From sequence record MT161459.1: a stretch of 64,000 nucleotides of DNA; one strand, 5' to 3'. Positions 49,168 to 57,936 of the stretch are shown piece by piece. The notes beneath the pieces were generated by a model. The model was not told the DNA's origin. It saw only the letters and a program-made list of their open reading frames with translations, and did no database searches. The translations under genes were made by a program, and so were the position numbers. Numbering within the stretch: position 1 is the first letter of the stretch; each line of letters opens with the position of its first letter.

Positions 49168-50213
49168 TTTTGATCTCCATAAGAACCAAAGAAGAATTGA
49201 CCGGAATCAGTTCCGCCCAGATTGCTTGTAAGCGCTTCCCAGTATTCTCTGAATACAGGACGCAGTTCGGTAAATGTCAGCTCCAGATCGATGGCAATTG
49301 GATCACCAGCAGTCTCAGAGAATGACTCGTATATTTGTTCCGGAGTCTTCGTGATACGGACGTTGGAAATAGCACAAGGTCCCATTGCGAACTTGGGAGT
49401 AAATCGTCTATTCTCCTTACTAACACGACTGTTAATACGCTCTTCGATATACCACAGTGGCGGAACCTTCAATACAGTGAACGCAGATCCATCAGCACCT
49501 TCTCCGAACTTCCCAAGTCCAGCACCTGGAACTACTTTGCTGATGAGAGCGTTGGCGCTTGGCGCTCCTTGATTGGAAGCGGAGCTGTATATCAAGAACG
49601 TACGCAGTATGTTCCCAACTTCTCGGAGCTCTGCCATATTCTTTGGTCGAAGTTGGAACATCAGAGTTTGGGATCGAATCGAAGTATTTTTGTACATGTT
49701 AGCACTTCGACTGCCCATTATCTGACCGCTAATCTGAGCGTTGTATTGCTGAGCAGCCTTCCCCACGTTTGCGGACATTTGAGTAATACCAGTTTGCAGC
49801 GCAGCAGCTCCCAACAATGCTCCATTCTCGAGCGTTGGATCCATAGTGCCTTTGTAGTTCATCATCAGATCTTGCAGGAATCCACCATCATTGTCTGAGT
49901 ACTCGTGTGACAAGTTCTCGTTAATTGCAGGCATATACATCTGAACTACAGCCAGTGTAGTTTCCTTGAACTTCCCGCTCACGGAGTTGAGGCTTCTGCG
50001 ATTGATATCTGAATTGGACAATCCACCAGACATCGGATCAACTGCGTACATAACCAGGAAGTTACTATGGCGATCTTCATCGCCTGACATGCTTAGCGGG
50101 TATTGAAATGCCTGTACTCCGGTATTACCAGTCTCGTTAGGCAATACCAACTTTCCGGCCATTTCATTTGTGATGGTCTTGACTCCATCTTGTATAATTT
50201 TTAGTGTTGCCAT
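49164..50213 (-). CDS. gp48: Baseplate tail-tube cap gp48
   Basis: MYKNTSIRSQTLMFQLRPK, VPP.W.I, GPCAISNV, DLELTFTEL. Confidence 0.85.
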   Translation of the reverse strand: MATLKIIQDGVKTITNEMAGKLVLPNETGNTGVQAFQYPLSMSGDEDRHSNFLVMYAVDPMSGGLSNSDINRRSLNSVSGKFKETTLAVVQMYMPAINENLSHEYSDNDGGFLQDLMMNYKGTMDPTLENGALLGAAALQTGITQMSANVGKAAQQYNAQISGQIMGSRSANMYKNTSIRSQTLMFQLRPKNMAELREVGNILRTFLIYSSASNQGAPSANALISKVVPGAGLGKFGEGADGSAFTVLKVPPLWYIEERINSRVSKENRRFTPKFAMGPCAISNVRITKTPEQIYESFSETAGDPIAIDLELTFTELRPVFREYWEALTSNLGGTDSGQFFFGSYGDQK

Positions 50214-50232
50214 TATTCACCTCGTTTATGGT

Positions 50233-50255
50233 TATTTAGCAGTGGCGCCTAAATA
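50233..50255. promoter_or_regulatory. Back-to-back divergent late promoters (CTAAATA on each strand)
   Basis: TATTTAG at 50233-50239 (drives gp48 leftward) and CTAAATA at 50249-50255 (drives gp4 rightward). Confidence 0.8.
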
Positions 50256-50284
50256 AAGGCGCGACGACTAACTGGAGAATAATC

Positions 50285-50746
50285 ATGACAGCATACCGAG
50301 GGAAGTTCCTTCCCGAGAACAAAGAGAAGTATCGAGGTAGTGTGTTGAACATCACATACCGAAGTAGCTGGGAGCTATTCGTGATGAAGATGTTGGACAA
50401 CAATCCGGAGGTAAAGCAGTGGTCCTCCGAAGAAACGATCATTCCATATTTCTCGAACGCGGACGGCAAGAAGCGTAGATACTTTATGGACTTTACTGTC
50501 TTCTGGAAGAATGGGAGCATCTCGCTATGGGAAGTTAAACCTGAGGCCGAAGTCCGACCACCAATACCGCCAGCCAGAGCCACCGTTGCAGCCAAGAAAC
50601 GATTCTTAAACCAGATCTACACATATCAGGTCAATACCGACAAATGGAAGGCTGCCGTCAAGGTTTGTGATCAGAAGGGTTGGCGATTCAACATCATCAC
50701 AGAGACAACTCTGAAGAAATTAGGATTTAAGGGGCTAGAACGATGA
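50285..50746 (+). CDS. gp4: Head completion nuclease gp4
   Basis: AYRGKF.P.N.EKYRG, YRSSWE, WSSEE.IIPY...DGKKRRYFMDF, EVKP, NTDKWKAA. Confidence 0.95.
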   Translation: MTAYRGKFLPENKEKYRGSVLNITYRSSWELFVMKMLDNNPEVKQWSSEETIIPYFSNADGKKRRYFMDFTVFWKNGSISLWEVKPEAEVRPPIPPARATVAAKKRFLNQIYTYQVNTDKWKAAVKVCDQKGWRFNIITETTLKKLGFKGLER

Positions 50747-51741
50747 TCTTCGAAGTAACAGAACGACCAGATACCCCAGCCGAGAAGCGAACTAAAGCTG
50801 CTTGGATTGATATGGGCGTCAAATACATGGATGCCAAGAAAAATAAGCCCTCATTAACTGCAAAGCAGTTTGCCGAGGACAATAAGCTGAATTACGAAAC
50901 GTTCAGACGAGCGATGAACAAATACAAGGATCAGATCAAGAGATACTACTCTGCTGTCAATCCGAATAAGACCAAGGAGCAATGGATCGAACTTGGTGTG
51001 GCTTATTTGGACGCCAAAGACAAGGGCGTCAGCTTTGATCGGTTCGCCGATAAGTACAAGCTGAACCCAGAGACTGCTGGAAGATCGTTCCGCAAGTTTA
51101 AGCAGGAGATCGTTGATGCTCGAGCTTTGCGTAACGCTCTGGACAGCAAGAAGAAGTTGAGCTCCAAAGAGAAGTATCAGCTCATGCTGCGAGATTTCAG
51201 ATCACAAGTCAAGGTCAGATCAGCTGATTCCGTAACACGAAATGAGAAGAAGTCGGCGGATTGGTTCACCACCACTCTCAAGAAGAATGTGCGCGGATAC
51301 AAAGTGTCCAGACCGTCAGCAGGTAAGCTGTACGCGTTCATATACGATGCCAAACACAAAGCAACTCTGCCATATTGGGATATGTATCCACTGATTGTGT
51401 ATCTGGGCGAGAGTATCCGACATCCAGGATTAATGGTTGGGCTGAACTTGCACTATATTCCACCAAAGGCTCGTCAAGAGTTCCTAGAGGAGTTGTTGAA
51501 GTTTGCAAGTACTGATCGGATCACTAACAAGACCATGCTGAAAATAGATTGGGGCAAGGTTCGTGGAATGAGAGGTGCAGATCTTCTGATCAAGACGTAT
51601 ATCCCAGCTAACATCAAGGGGAGCATGGTCGAGATCAAGCCTGCTGACTGGTATAACGTGATTTACCTGCCTACGCAGAAGTTTATTTCCGGACCAGAAT
51701 CCAAAGGATACAACGTTCGCTCTGTGTGGAGCAAATATTGA
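50743..51741 (+). CDS. gp2: DNA end protector gp2
   Basis: GKLYAFIYDAKHK.TLPYWD.YPLI, GLNLHYIPPKAR. Confidence 0.95.
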   Translation: MIFEVTERPDTPAEKRTKAAWIDMGVKYMDAKKNKPSLTAKQFAEDNKLNYETFRRAMNKYKDQIKRYYSAVNPNKTKEQWIELGVAYLDAKDKGVSFDRFADKYKLNPETAGRSFRKFKQEIVDARALRNALDSKKKLSSKEKYQLMLRDFRSQVKVRSADSVTRNEKKSADWFTTTLKKNVRGYKVSRPSAGKLYAFIYDAKHKATLPYWDMYPLIVYLGESIRHPGLMVGLNLHYIPPKARQEFLEELLKFASTDRITNKTMLKIDWGKVRGMRGADLLIKTYIPANIKGSMVEIKPADWYNVIYLPTQKFISGPESKGYNVRSVWSKY

Positions 51742-51786
51742 TAACAATCGGGAGGGCATTGCCCTCCCCTTCAGAGAGACACGCAC

Positions 51787-52761
51787 ATGAATTTTAATTT
51801 AGACACAGCTACCAACTACATCAAGAGTATTCCAGATAAGTTTACGCTGGAGAACGCTCAGGAGCTTGCCAATAACGCACTCGAGAGTTACGCAGATAGC
51901 ATTGTAGAGACTCCAGACTATGCCAAATTTATGAGGGTCGTTGAGAACCAAGACCTAGCACGAACCAACACTTTCGTTGTTCGATTTGAGGATTTTCGGA
52001 GCACTATCAATTCGGATGGTATTTTGGGAATGGCGGAAGGTATTATTCCAGATGGAGTAAAGGGGGCGTTTGGTGGGATTACCGGAGGGATCTCCAAAGC
52101 TATTGGAGGAAATAACTGGTCACGCATACAAGACATTGCGTACAACCAATCTCAGAAATTTCTGACTCCTAAGATCAAGAGTATCATGGGTGCATATGAC
52201 CCAAGTCTGGTTCGGTTGATCCCAGGCGCTGGGGAGTTTATCGATATGTTTACCGGAGCTGGATATGACGTCAACAAGGACTTAGCACTTATGGTGAAGT
52301 CCGTCAACTTGCCAGGTACAGCGTTCGAGACTCAAGTCAACAAAACTGACCGCAAGCCGTTTCACGAAGTTCGTGGACGTACATACGACAATATCAGGAT
52401 GACTCTGTATTGTACTCCTGGATATGCAGAGCGTATCTGGTTCCTGGCATGGATGAATAGTGTACAGAATCCCAAACGAGGAACTTATGGATTTTATAGC
52501 AAATATGCCAAGAACATCGACATTGTTACTCTGGACCGAAAGTCTATCAAAACATCTGTAGTACACTGCGATGGATGCTTCCCGATCAGAGTTGGAGAAA
52601 TCCAGTTGGATTTTGATCAAGGGAATCAAGTTGCAACATTCGAGGTAGAGTTTGCCATTAGCACAATGACACACTTGGAATCCAAAGGATCCCAGAACTT
52701 TGTTGCTGGCGCGGAGAGTATTTTCCATCGAGTCAAGGGCGCTATTGGCGCACTACGTTAA
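51787..52761 (+). CDS. gp54: Baseplate tail-tube initiator gp54
   Basis: DLARTNTFVVRF, MVKSVNLPG, WMNSVQNP, CFPI.VGEIQLDF...NQVATFEVEF (tube-like fold). Confidence 0.85.
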   Translation: MNFNLDTATNYIKSIPDKFTLENAQELANNALESYADSIVETPDYAKFMRVVENQDLARTNTFVVRFEDFRSTINSDGILGMAEGIIPDGVKGAFGGITGGISKAIGGNNWSRIQDIAYNQSQKFLTPKIKSIMGAYDPSLVRLIPGAGEFIDMFTGAGYDVNKDLALMVKSVNLPGTAFETQVNKTDRKPFHEVRGRTYDNIRMTLYCTPGYAERIWFLAWMNSVQNPKRGTYGFYSKYAKNIDIVTLDRKSIKTSVVHCDGCFPIRVGEIQLDFDQGNQVATFEVEFAISTMTHLESKGSQNFVAGAESIFHRVKGAIGALR

Positions 52762-52764
52762 TCA

Positions 52765-52790
52765 GAGGCCACCTTCGGGTGGTCTTTTTT
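52765..52790 (+). terminator. Intrinsic terminator after gp54
   Basis: GAGGCCACC-TTCG-GGTGGTCTT followed by a T run. Confidence 0.85.
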
Positions 52791-52873
52791 GTTGGTAACG
52801 CCATTGTACCGGAAGTTAGCGTTGAACCAAACTCCTTCCTATAACCGTGTATAAGCGATTGGTGACCAATCCT

Positions 52874-53061
52874 GTACGATCTATCAGGTTAGTATTCGAA
52901 ATCGATTTTAGCGGTGGTATAGAAGGTTTAAATGGATGGAGCGTAGCGACATCTCGACCGTAGGTCGATAGATGGTGAAGAGGGGGACTTATAGAGTCTC
53001 TTTAAAGGGTATAAGGAGATTCTATTTCTCCCCCTTCGGGGGAAGTGTCGCTACGCTCCAC
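52874..53061 (+). repeat. ~180-bp dispersed palindromic element, copy 2
   Basis: Inverted copy of 24535-24711 with the same 15-bp inverted repeats at 52937-52951 and 53046-53060. Confidence 0.9.
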
Positions 53062-53083
53062 GATCCATCTGATCCCTATCTTG

Positions 53084-53090
53084 CTAAATA
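53084..53090 (+). promoter_or_regulatory. Late promoter CTAAATA for gp26
   Basis: 24 nt upstream of the gp26 ATG. Confidence 0.75.
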
Positions 53091-53114
53091 AGTGAAATAA
53101 CCAAGGGGTGACAA

Positions 53115-53876
53115 ATGTCAAAATTTACGAAGGACATGCTGCTAGAAGCGGTCCAACAAACTAACGTCAAACTGTCCAACGGTAAAACGGTTCGTGTGCG
53201 AGCCATGCTTATCAAGGAGTTCAAGATCCTCATGCTTGCTGCTGAGTCAGATAGCGGTATGGAGGACTCCATTGTTCAAGTGCTACGCGGATGCGTTCTG
53301 GATGACAAACTTGATATCGGTACTCTACCAATCTTTGACGTCGAGACTCTGTATGTGACCATCTGGAAATTGTCCAAGGGTACTTCTATCGTTCCAGTTA
53401 AGTTCCGTTGCGTCAACGAGATCGAGAAGCCCATTCCTGACGATGAGGAAGGCAAGACTTACATGGGTCGGTGCGACACTGAGATCAAGGTCAACATCAA
53501 CTTGAATCAAGCTAAGCTGTCCAAGGTTCCGAAGCCGATGGTTAAGATCAGTGACAATCTGACCGTTGAGATGCGTTACCCCAACGTGTACGAGACTGAG
53601 TTCTTTAACGTCCAGAAAGATTCTGATTTGTTTGATCTGGTACTCCGTTGTATTAGCAAGGTCCACTTGAAAGGGGATGCGCTTGTCGTGGGTACGGATA
53701 TCCCATACGAAGAGCTAAGCGAGGTAATGGATTACATTGACGATAAAGGATTTGCAAAGATGGCTGCCTTTGTGAACGAGCTCCCGCAACTGTCTTTGAC
53801 TGCTGCGGTGAAGTGTCCACACTGCGGTCATTGTGAGCCAGTCGAGATGATCGGCCTTGCGGATTTTTTCGGCTAA
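53115..53876 (+). CDS. gp26: Baseplate hub assembly chaperone gp26
   Basis: V.VRAMLIKEFKILMLA, LPIFDVE.LY..IWKLSKG, MRYP, C-terminal CPHC...GLADFF. Confidence 0.9.
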   Translation: MSKFTKDMLLEAVQQTNVKLSNGKTVRVRAMLIKEFKILMLAAESDSGMEDSIVQVLRGCVLDDKLDIGTLPIFDVETLYVTIWKLSKGTSIVPVKFRCVNEIEKPIPDDEEGKTYMGRCDTEIKVNINLNQAKLSKVPKPMVKISDNLTVEMRYPNVYETEFFNVQKDSDLFDLVLRCISKVHLKGDALVVGTDIPYEELSEVMDYIDDKGFAKMAAFVNELPQLSLTAAVKCPHCGHCEPVEMIGLADFFG

Positions 53877-54046
53877 CCCTTCTAAATGATTCGGTGTACG
53901 ATTATTTCAACTTGAACTACAAGTTGCATCGGGAGGGCTGGAGTTTGACAGAGCTTGATACTATGACGCCTTTCGAGCGCACCATCTATCAACAGCTGTA
54001 CATCAACGATTTGAAAGAACGCAGACGCAATAAAGAGGAAACATGA
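53870..54046 (+). CDS. gp51: gp51-like C-terminal module in the -1 frame, probably reached by ribosomal frameshift from gp26
   Basis: Manual translation RLTLLNDSVYDYFNLNYKLHREGWSLTELDTMTPFERTIYQQLYINDLKERRRNKEET*. The Y..N..L.....SLTEL..M.P.ER pattern is gp51-like. No SD or ATG precedes the conserved part. The stop overlaps the gp29 ATG. Confidence 0.8.
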   Translation, partial: RLTLLNDSVYDYFNLNYKLHREGWSLTELDTMTPFERTIYQQLYINDLKERRRNKEET

Positions 54047-55863
54047 AAACAGAACAACAGATAGTGGAGGACTCCAGTCTAAAGCTGGCTGTCCAGCTTG
54101 ATGATGTTCGGAAGCAGACTGTTGATTTGGGAGTCGCGATAGATCTAAACACAGACGCCAACGTGGATGTCGCCAAGTCGAATGAAACGTTGGTTAAGGC
54201 AATAGATCAAGAAACGAGTTCCATCAAACGAGCTACCGAATACGTAGACACCGCAGCTTATTCCAAACGGAATGAGATAGATGTCAATGAGAAGTACCAA
54301 AAGGCGTTAGAACGCCGAACCGAGCTCGAGAATAAACTCAATGCTCAACAACCAATCATTCCATATTCAGAAACCGATCCGGAACGATTTAAGCCCAAAC
54401 AAAACACCAAACCGGAAGCTCCTGCTACCCCGAATGAGCCGGCATTTAATGGAACGCTTGAAGAATATCTCAAGGCCAATCTTGGATCGCTAAGTGATTT
54501 CAAGAAGCAGTTGCGCGAAGAACGGAAGGCCAAGGATAGAGAGAATGGAGAGGGGCTTGGAATAGCTAAGATTGCCAAGAATGCCATCCAGACGACGATG
54601 TCAGCAGGTTCCAATGCTATTTCATCTCTAGCGGATACCCTCCTACAAGGAATTCCTGGAGCGAGTATGGCTCGCAATGCGATATCTGGGACTACCAAGT
54701 TTGTCAAGGAGTCTGTCGTAGGTGGGTTCGAGTCAAGAAAGAAAACAAGGGAGCAATACGAGGCCAAGAAGTCTGATCTGACGTCCAAGTTCGAGAAGAT
54801 GCCACAATCTGCAGCACCTGCACCTGAATCTGCGCCTCCATCAACCGACGAGAAAATCCGACAGGATAGAGAGAACAAGAAGTCGGGAGAAGAGCGGACG
54901 GATCGCAAAGAGAATAGTCGCGAGCGCAAAGAAAATGAAAAGCGTCACAAATCCTTGATAGACGTGCTCAAGAATAACCAGATGTGGACATTGTTGGGTG
55001 GGATCTTCACTATGCTAGTTCCGATGTTTACTGGATTGCTGGGAACGACGAGAGGTATTCTCGGGGGCGTATTGAAACTAGGTCCAGCGCTGATTGCAAT
55101 GGGAGCTAAGCTCGTATCTGGAATGGGAGCAGCCATCGCTAACAGCCTGAAGCGAATAATGCCAGACTTCATGAAAGGCAAACTACCGGATGCCAAATCT
55201 CCAAGGATGGATCCGAAGTCAGGCAAGCCAACTGCTGAGGTTGATCCAAAGACGGGCAAACCCAGAACTACTACCACAACGACGACGACCAATACATCAT
55301 CATCTAAAGAGACGTCGAAGATTGAGCGCGTTAAAGATGGTATGAAGGGAGCTCAAACGGCGGGCGGTGAAGCGGCAGAAGCAGCTGGATCCAAAGCAGC
55401 GTCAGCTGGTGCCAAAACTGTAGGCAAGGCAGCTGGTAAGGGAGCGGCGGTCAAAGTAGCAGCTAAGGTATTGGGCAAGACCCTACTACGATTCATTCCG
55501 TTTGTTGGAACGGCTATGCTAGCTTACGACGCGTATACCATAGCGGATGAATTGTCCGGCGGAAAACTGACCGACTCGTTAATGTCCCTCAAAGACAAGG
55601 CCGTATCTGGAGCGACTGAAGCTCTTGGAATGTCGGCTGGCACAGAACCAGTTTCTGATGAGGTTGACGTTCACGAGAAAGGCGTCCAACAAGCTGAAAA
55701 GCAGGCAGAGGCTAAGAAGACGCAGGATGCCAGAGCTACAGCGGCTTATCAAGCAACGGCATTCAATACAACCAACAACAAGACTTATGCTGCATCCGGA
55801 TTTGCATTCGGTAGTGATAGCATGATGCAGTTGCAACCATATGGAGTTCAATCGGCGCGATGA
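54043..55863 (+). CDS. gp29: Baseplate hub / tape-measure protein gp29
   Basis: 606 aa, helical and low-complexity, with hydrophobic segments LLGGIFTMLVP and LLRFIPFVGTAML. Lies after the chaperones. Confidence 0.8.
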   Translation: MKTEQQIVEDSSLKLAVQLDDVRKQTVDLGVAIDLNTDANVDVAKSNETLVKAIDQETSSIKRATEYVDTAAYSKRNEIDVNEKYQKALERRTELENKLNAQQPIIPYSETDPERFKPKQNTKPEAPATPNEPAFNGTLEEYLKANLGSLSDFKKQLREERKAKDRENGEGLGIAKIAKNAIQTTMSAGSNAISSLADTLLQGIPGASMARNAISGTTKFVKESVVGGFESRKKTREQYEAKKSDLTSKFEKMPQSAAPAPESAPPSTDEKIRQDRENKKSGEERTDRKENSRERKENEKRHKSLIDVLKNNQMWTLLGGIFTMLVPMFTGLLGTTRGILGGVLKLGPALIAMGAKLVSGMGAAIANSLKRIMPDFMKGKLPDAKSPRMDPKSGKPTAEVDPKTGKPRTTTTTTTTNTSSSKETSKIERVKDGMKGAQTAGGEAAEAAGSKAASAGAKTVGKAAGKGAAVKVAAKVLGKTLLRFIPFVGTAMLAYDAYTIADELSGGKLTDSLMSLKDKAVSGATEALGMSAGTEPVSDEVDVHEKGVQQAEKQAEAKKTQDARATAAYQATAFNTTNNKTYAASGFAFGSDSMMQLQPYGVQSAR

Positions 55864-56423
55864 CTACATTTAAGAACATGACGCACAAGACCAACTTCAG
55901 GTTGGTCATTCCTGATATGGGAGCAGTGGATTTCGAAGCATCGCTCCAGAGTGTCACGATTCCTGGGTTGGAGATAGAGCCAACCCAGATTAACGTCAAC
56001 CAACAGACTATGGGAAACCTTCCAGGCAGCGCAGTGAGATTTGATCCTCTCAACGTAAGGATATTGCTTGATGAGGAACTCAGTGCGTACACAGACATAT
56101 ACAAGTGGATGATTTCGATTGTGGATTACGCTGGCAATAAAAGTACAGCTCAAGATCCAGGAACTGTCCCAAAGAATATATCCATCCACGTATTAGATAA
56201 CAGCAAAAGCTCCATTATCCTCACGTGGAAATTCTATGGGGCGTGGCCATCGTCGATCGGAGGTATTGATTTCGAATATACTGACGAATCTAATACAGCC
56301 ATGACCACTGATGTTGTGTTTATGTACAAAACGTTTGAAATAGAGAAAAATGGCGTTACGATAAGACCTAAAGAATCGGGAACGGGCAGTGGCATTAAAG
56401 GAATGCACCCATCCTTCAATTAA
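55860..56423 (+). CDS. gp3: Tail tube terminator gp3
   Basis: TNFRLVIPD, QSVTIPG, LPGS...FDPL.VRILLDEELSAY..IYKWM, FYGAWPSSIG. Confidence 0.93.
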   Translation: MTTFKNMTHKTNFRLVIPDMGAVDFEASLQSVTIPGLEIEPTQINVNQQTMGNLPGSAVRFDPLNVRILLDEELSAYTDIYKWMISIVDYAGNKSTAQDPGTVPKNISIHVLDNSKSSIILTWKFYGAWPSSIGGIDFEYTDESNTAMTTDVVFMYKTFEIEKNGVTIRPKESGTGSGIKGMHPSFN

Positions 56424-56434
56424 CAAGGTCCATA

Positions 56435-57103
56435 ATGATATACGCCATCCACGGTAAAAAGCGCGTGGGCAAAGATACTGTTGCATATATGATTCATGAT
56501 GCAACGGGAGCTATGCCTTACGCGCTAGCCTATCCAATACACGAGTCCCTAGCTTACGCGTTTGATAAAATTGACTACAATATCACGTACAAAATGGTTA
56601 GCGGACAAACTCCGTTCGATCGTGAGCGCGGGTTCTTCAATGAGATTGAAGTTAAACGAATACTTCACCACGCTCTTGATTGGAACCATCATAAACGACC
56701 ATTCCTGAAACTCGAGATCACACGCGCTCATAGCATAGTAGATCAAATCGAATTGCAGGATGGGGAGCTCTGGAGTGTTCGCAGACTGATGCAAGCTCTC
56801 GGAACGGATATTGTAGTTCGAGTGCGTCCGTATTACTGGCTTGATGCAGTTGAGCCTCTGGCTATAAATAACGATATAGTGGTTATCGATGTGCGACAGC
56901 AGCACGAACTGGATTATTTCCGGTCACGCGACGCTGCCATCATGTTTGTTTACAGACAGACTAACCTATCGGATAATCATGTAACGGAACAAGGACTAGA
57001 TCCTATTCCAACCGACTTTATCATTCACAACAACTCGGGTGTAAATAACCTGCGTAGCAGAGTGAATGAGATCATCCAATTGAACCAATCCCTAAGGAAA
57101 TGA
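56435..57103 (+). CDS. gp1: Deoxynucleoside monophosphate kinase gp1
   Basis: P-loop GKKRVGKDT, SVRRLMQALGTDI, DVRQQHE, HVTEQGL. Confidence 0.93.
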   Translation: MIYAIHGKKRVGKDTVAYMIHDATGAMPYALAYPIHESLAYAFDKIDYNITYKMVSGQTPFDRERGFFNEIEVKRILHHALDWNHHKRPFLKLEITRAHSIVDQIELQDGELWSVRRLMQALGTDIVVRVRPYYWLDAVEPLAINNDIVVIDVRQQHELDYFRSRDAAIMFVYRQTNLSDNHVTEQGLDPIPTDFIIHNNSGVNNLRSRVNEIIQLNQSLRK

Positions 57104-57104
57104 A

Positions 57105-57335
57105 ATGCAAGACCAAAACCAAGCTGTGATCAATACCCTGAAAGTGCGTCTGTTTGACGCAGAAGAATCCCTCCGTGGCGAAAGTCAGTTCAAAGAACAA
57201 TTCTTCGGCGAGCTCGCTCAGATTCTGGGTCTGGCTGGTGAAGAAGCAACCGATCCGCGCAACTACATTCTTGGCGTTCAGCATCTGAAAGATCAGCTGA
57301 CTCCGAAAGAAGTTGCTGGCGAAGTGGTAGCCTAA
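57105..57335 (+). CDS. gp57A: Tail fibre chaperone gp57A
   Basis: QAVINTLKVRLFDAEE. Position between gp1 and gp57B. Confidence 0.88.
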   Translation: MQDQNQAVINTLKVRLFDAEESLRGESQFKEQFFGELAQILGLAGEEATDPRNYILGVQHLKDQLTPKEVAGEVVA

Positions 57336-57336
57336 T

Positions 57337-57810
57337 ATGAAAACGTTCTCGCAGTTTTGTGAGAACAAGCAAGGCGGATCATACGTTGCTGTCAAGTACG
57401 GCAACGTATGCTCAAATGAGATAGTCGCGACGTGCAGAGCTCTCGGGATTCCGAATCCGGTTGTGCCGGAAGATCTGCACACTACAATCATCTATTCGAG
57501 AACGGAGTTGACAAAGTACAAGGTTCCGCGTAACGTCAATCACGTCGTATCTGGCGAATTGACTCCAGCGGTATTCGAGACCTCTAAGGGGAAGCGAGTA
57601 CTTGTGTTGAAGTTGAACGATGAGTGGTTTGGACAACGTCACAGAGAAATCATGGATGCTAATAAACGAGCGACCTATGACTTCCCAGACTTTGTTCCTC
57701 ACATCACTCTCAGCTACGATCTTGGCGACTTTCCAGTTCCGACCAAGTTTGTTCTCGAAGAACCACTAACGGTGGTACGAGAGTATCACGAGGAGTTAGA
57801 TTGTGACTAA
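57337..57810 (+). CDS. acb1: gp57B / Acb1 anti-CBASS 2H phosphoesterase
   Basis: Two HxT motifs (DLHTTIIYS, PHITLSYD), G.YVAVK, and position after 57A. Confidence 0.9.
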   Translation: MKTFSQFCENKQGGSYVAVKYGNVCSNEIVATCRALGIPNPVVPEDLHTTIIYSRTELTKYKVPRNVNHVVSGELTPAVFETSKGKRVLVLKLNDEWFGQRHREIMDANKRATYDFPDFVPHITLSYDLGDFPVPTKFVLEEPLTVVREYHEELDCD

Positions 57811-57889
57811 TGATCAACGCATTGATAAGATGTACCAGCTAGCACTCCGTTTAAACGAGATCGTTGACGAGATGGCTAGTCGTAAGTAA
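57803..57889 (+). CDS. Possible 28-aa peptide
   Basis: GAGGAG then GTG. Translation MTNDQRIDKMYQLALRLNEIVDEMASRK*. Confidence 0.35.
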   Translation: MTNDQRIDKMYQLALRLNEIVDEMASRK

Positions 57890-57901
57890 TCACGAAAGTG
57901 G

Positions 57902-57922
57902 GGCGCTCGATGAGCGCCTTTT
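57902..57922 (+). terminator. Terminator-like hairpin
   Basis: GGCGCTC-GAT-GAGCGCC-TTTT. Confidence 0.65.
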
Positions 57923-57936
57923 AAGAAGTATTTGTT

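Noticed and set aside
50285-50746. TnsA-like nuclease motif suggesting a transposon or homing endonuclease
   Set aside because: Sequence and position match the T4 head-completion protein gp4. No transposon ends or TnsB/C genes.
55268-55305. Thr/Ser run in gp29 (ACN repeats)
   Set aside because: Ordinary low-complexity linker with mixed codons, not a nucleotide repeat array.
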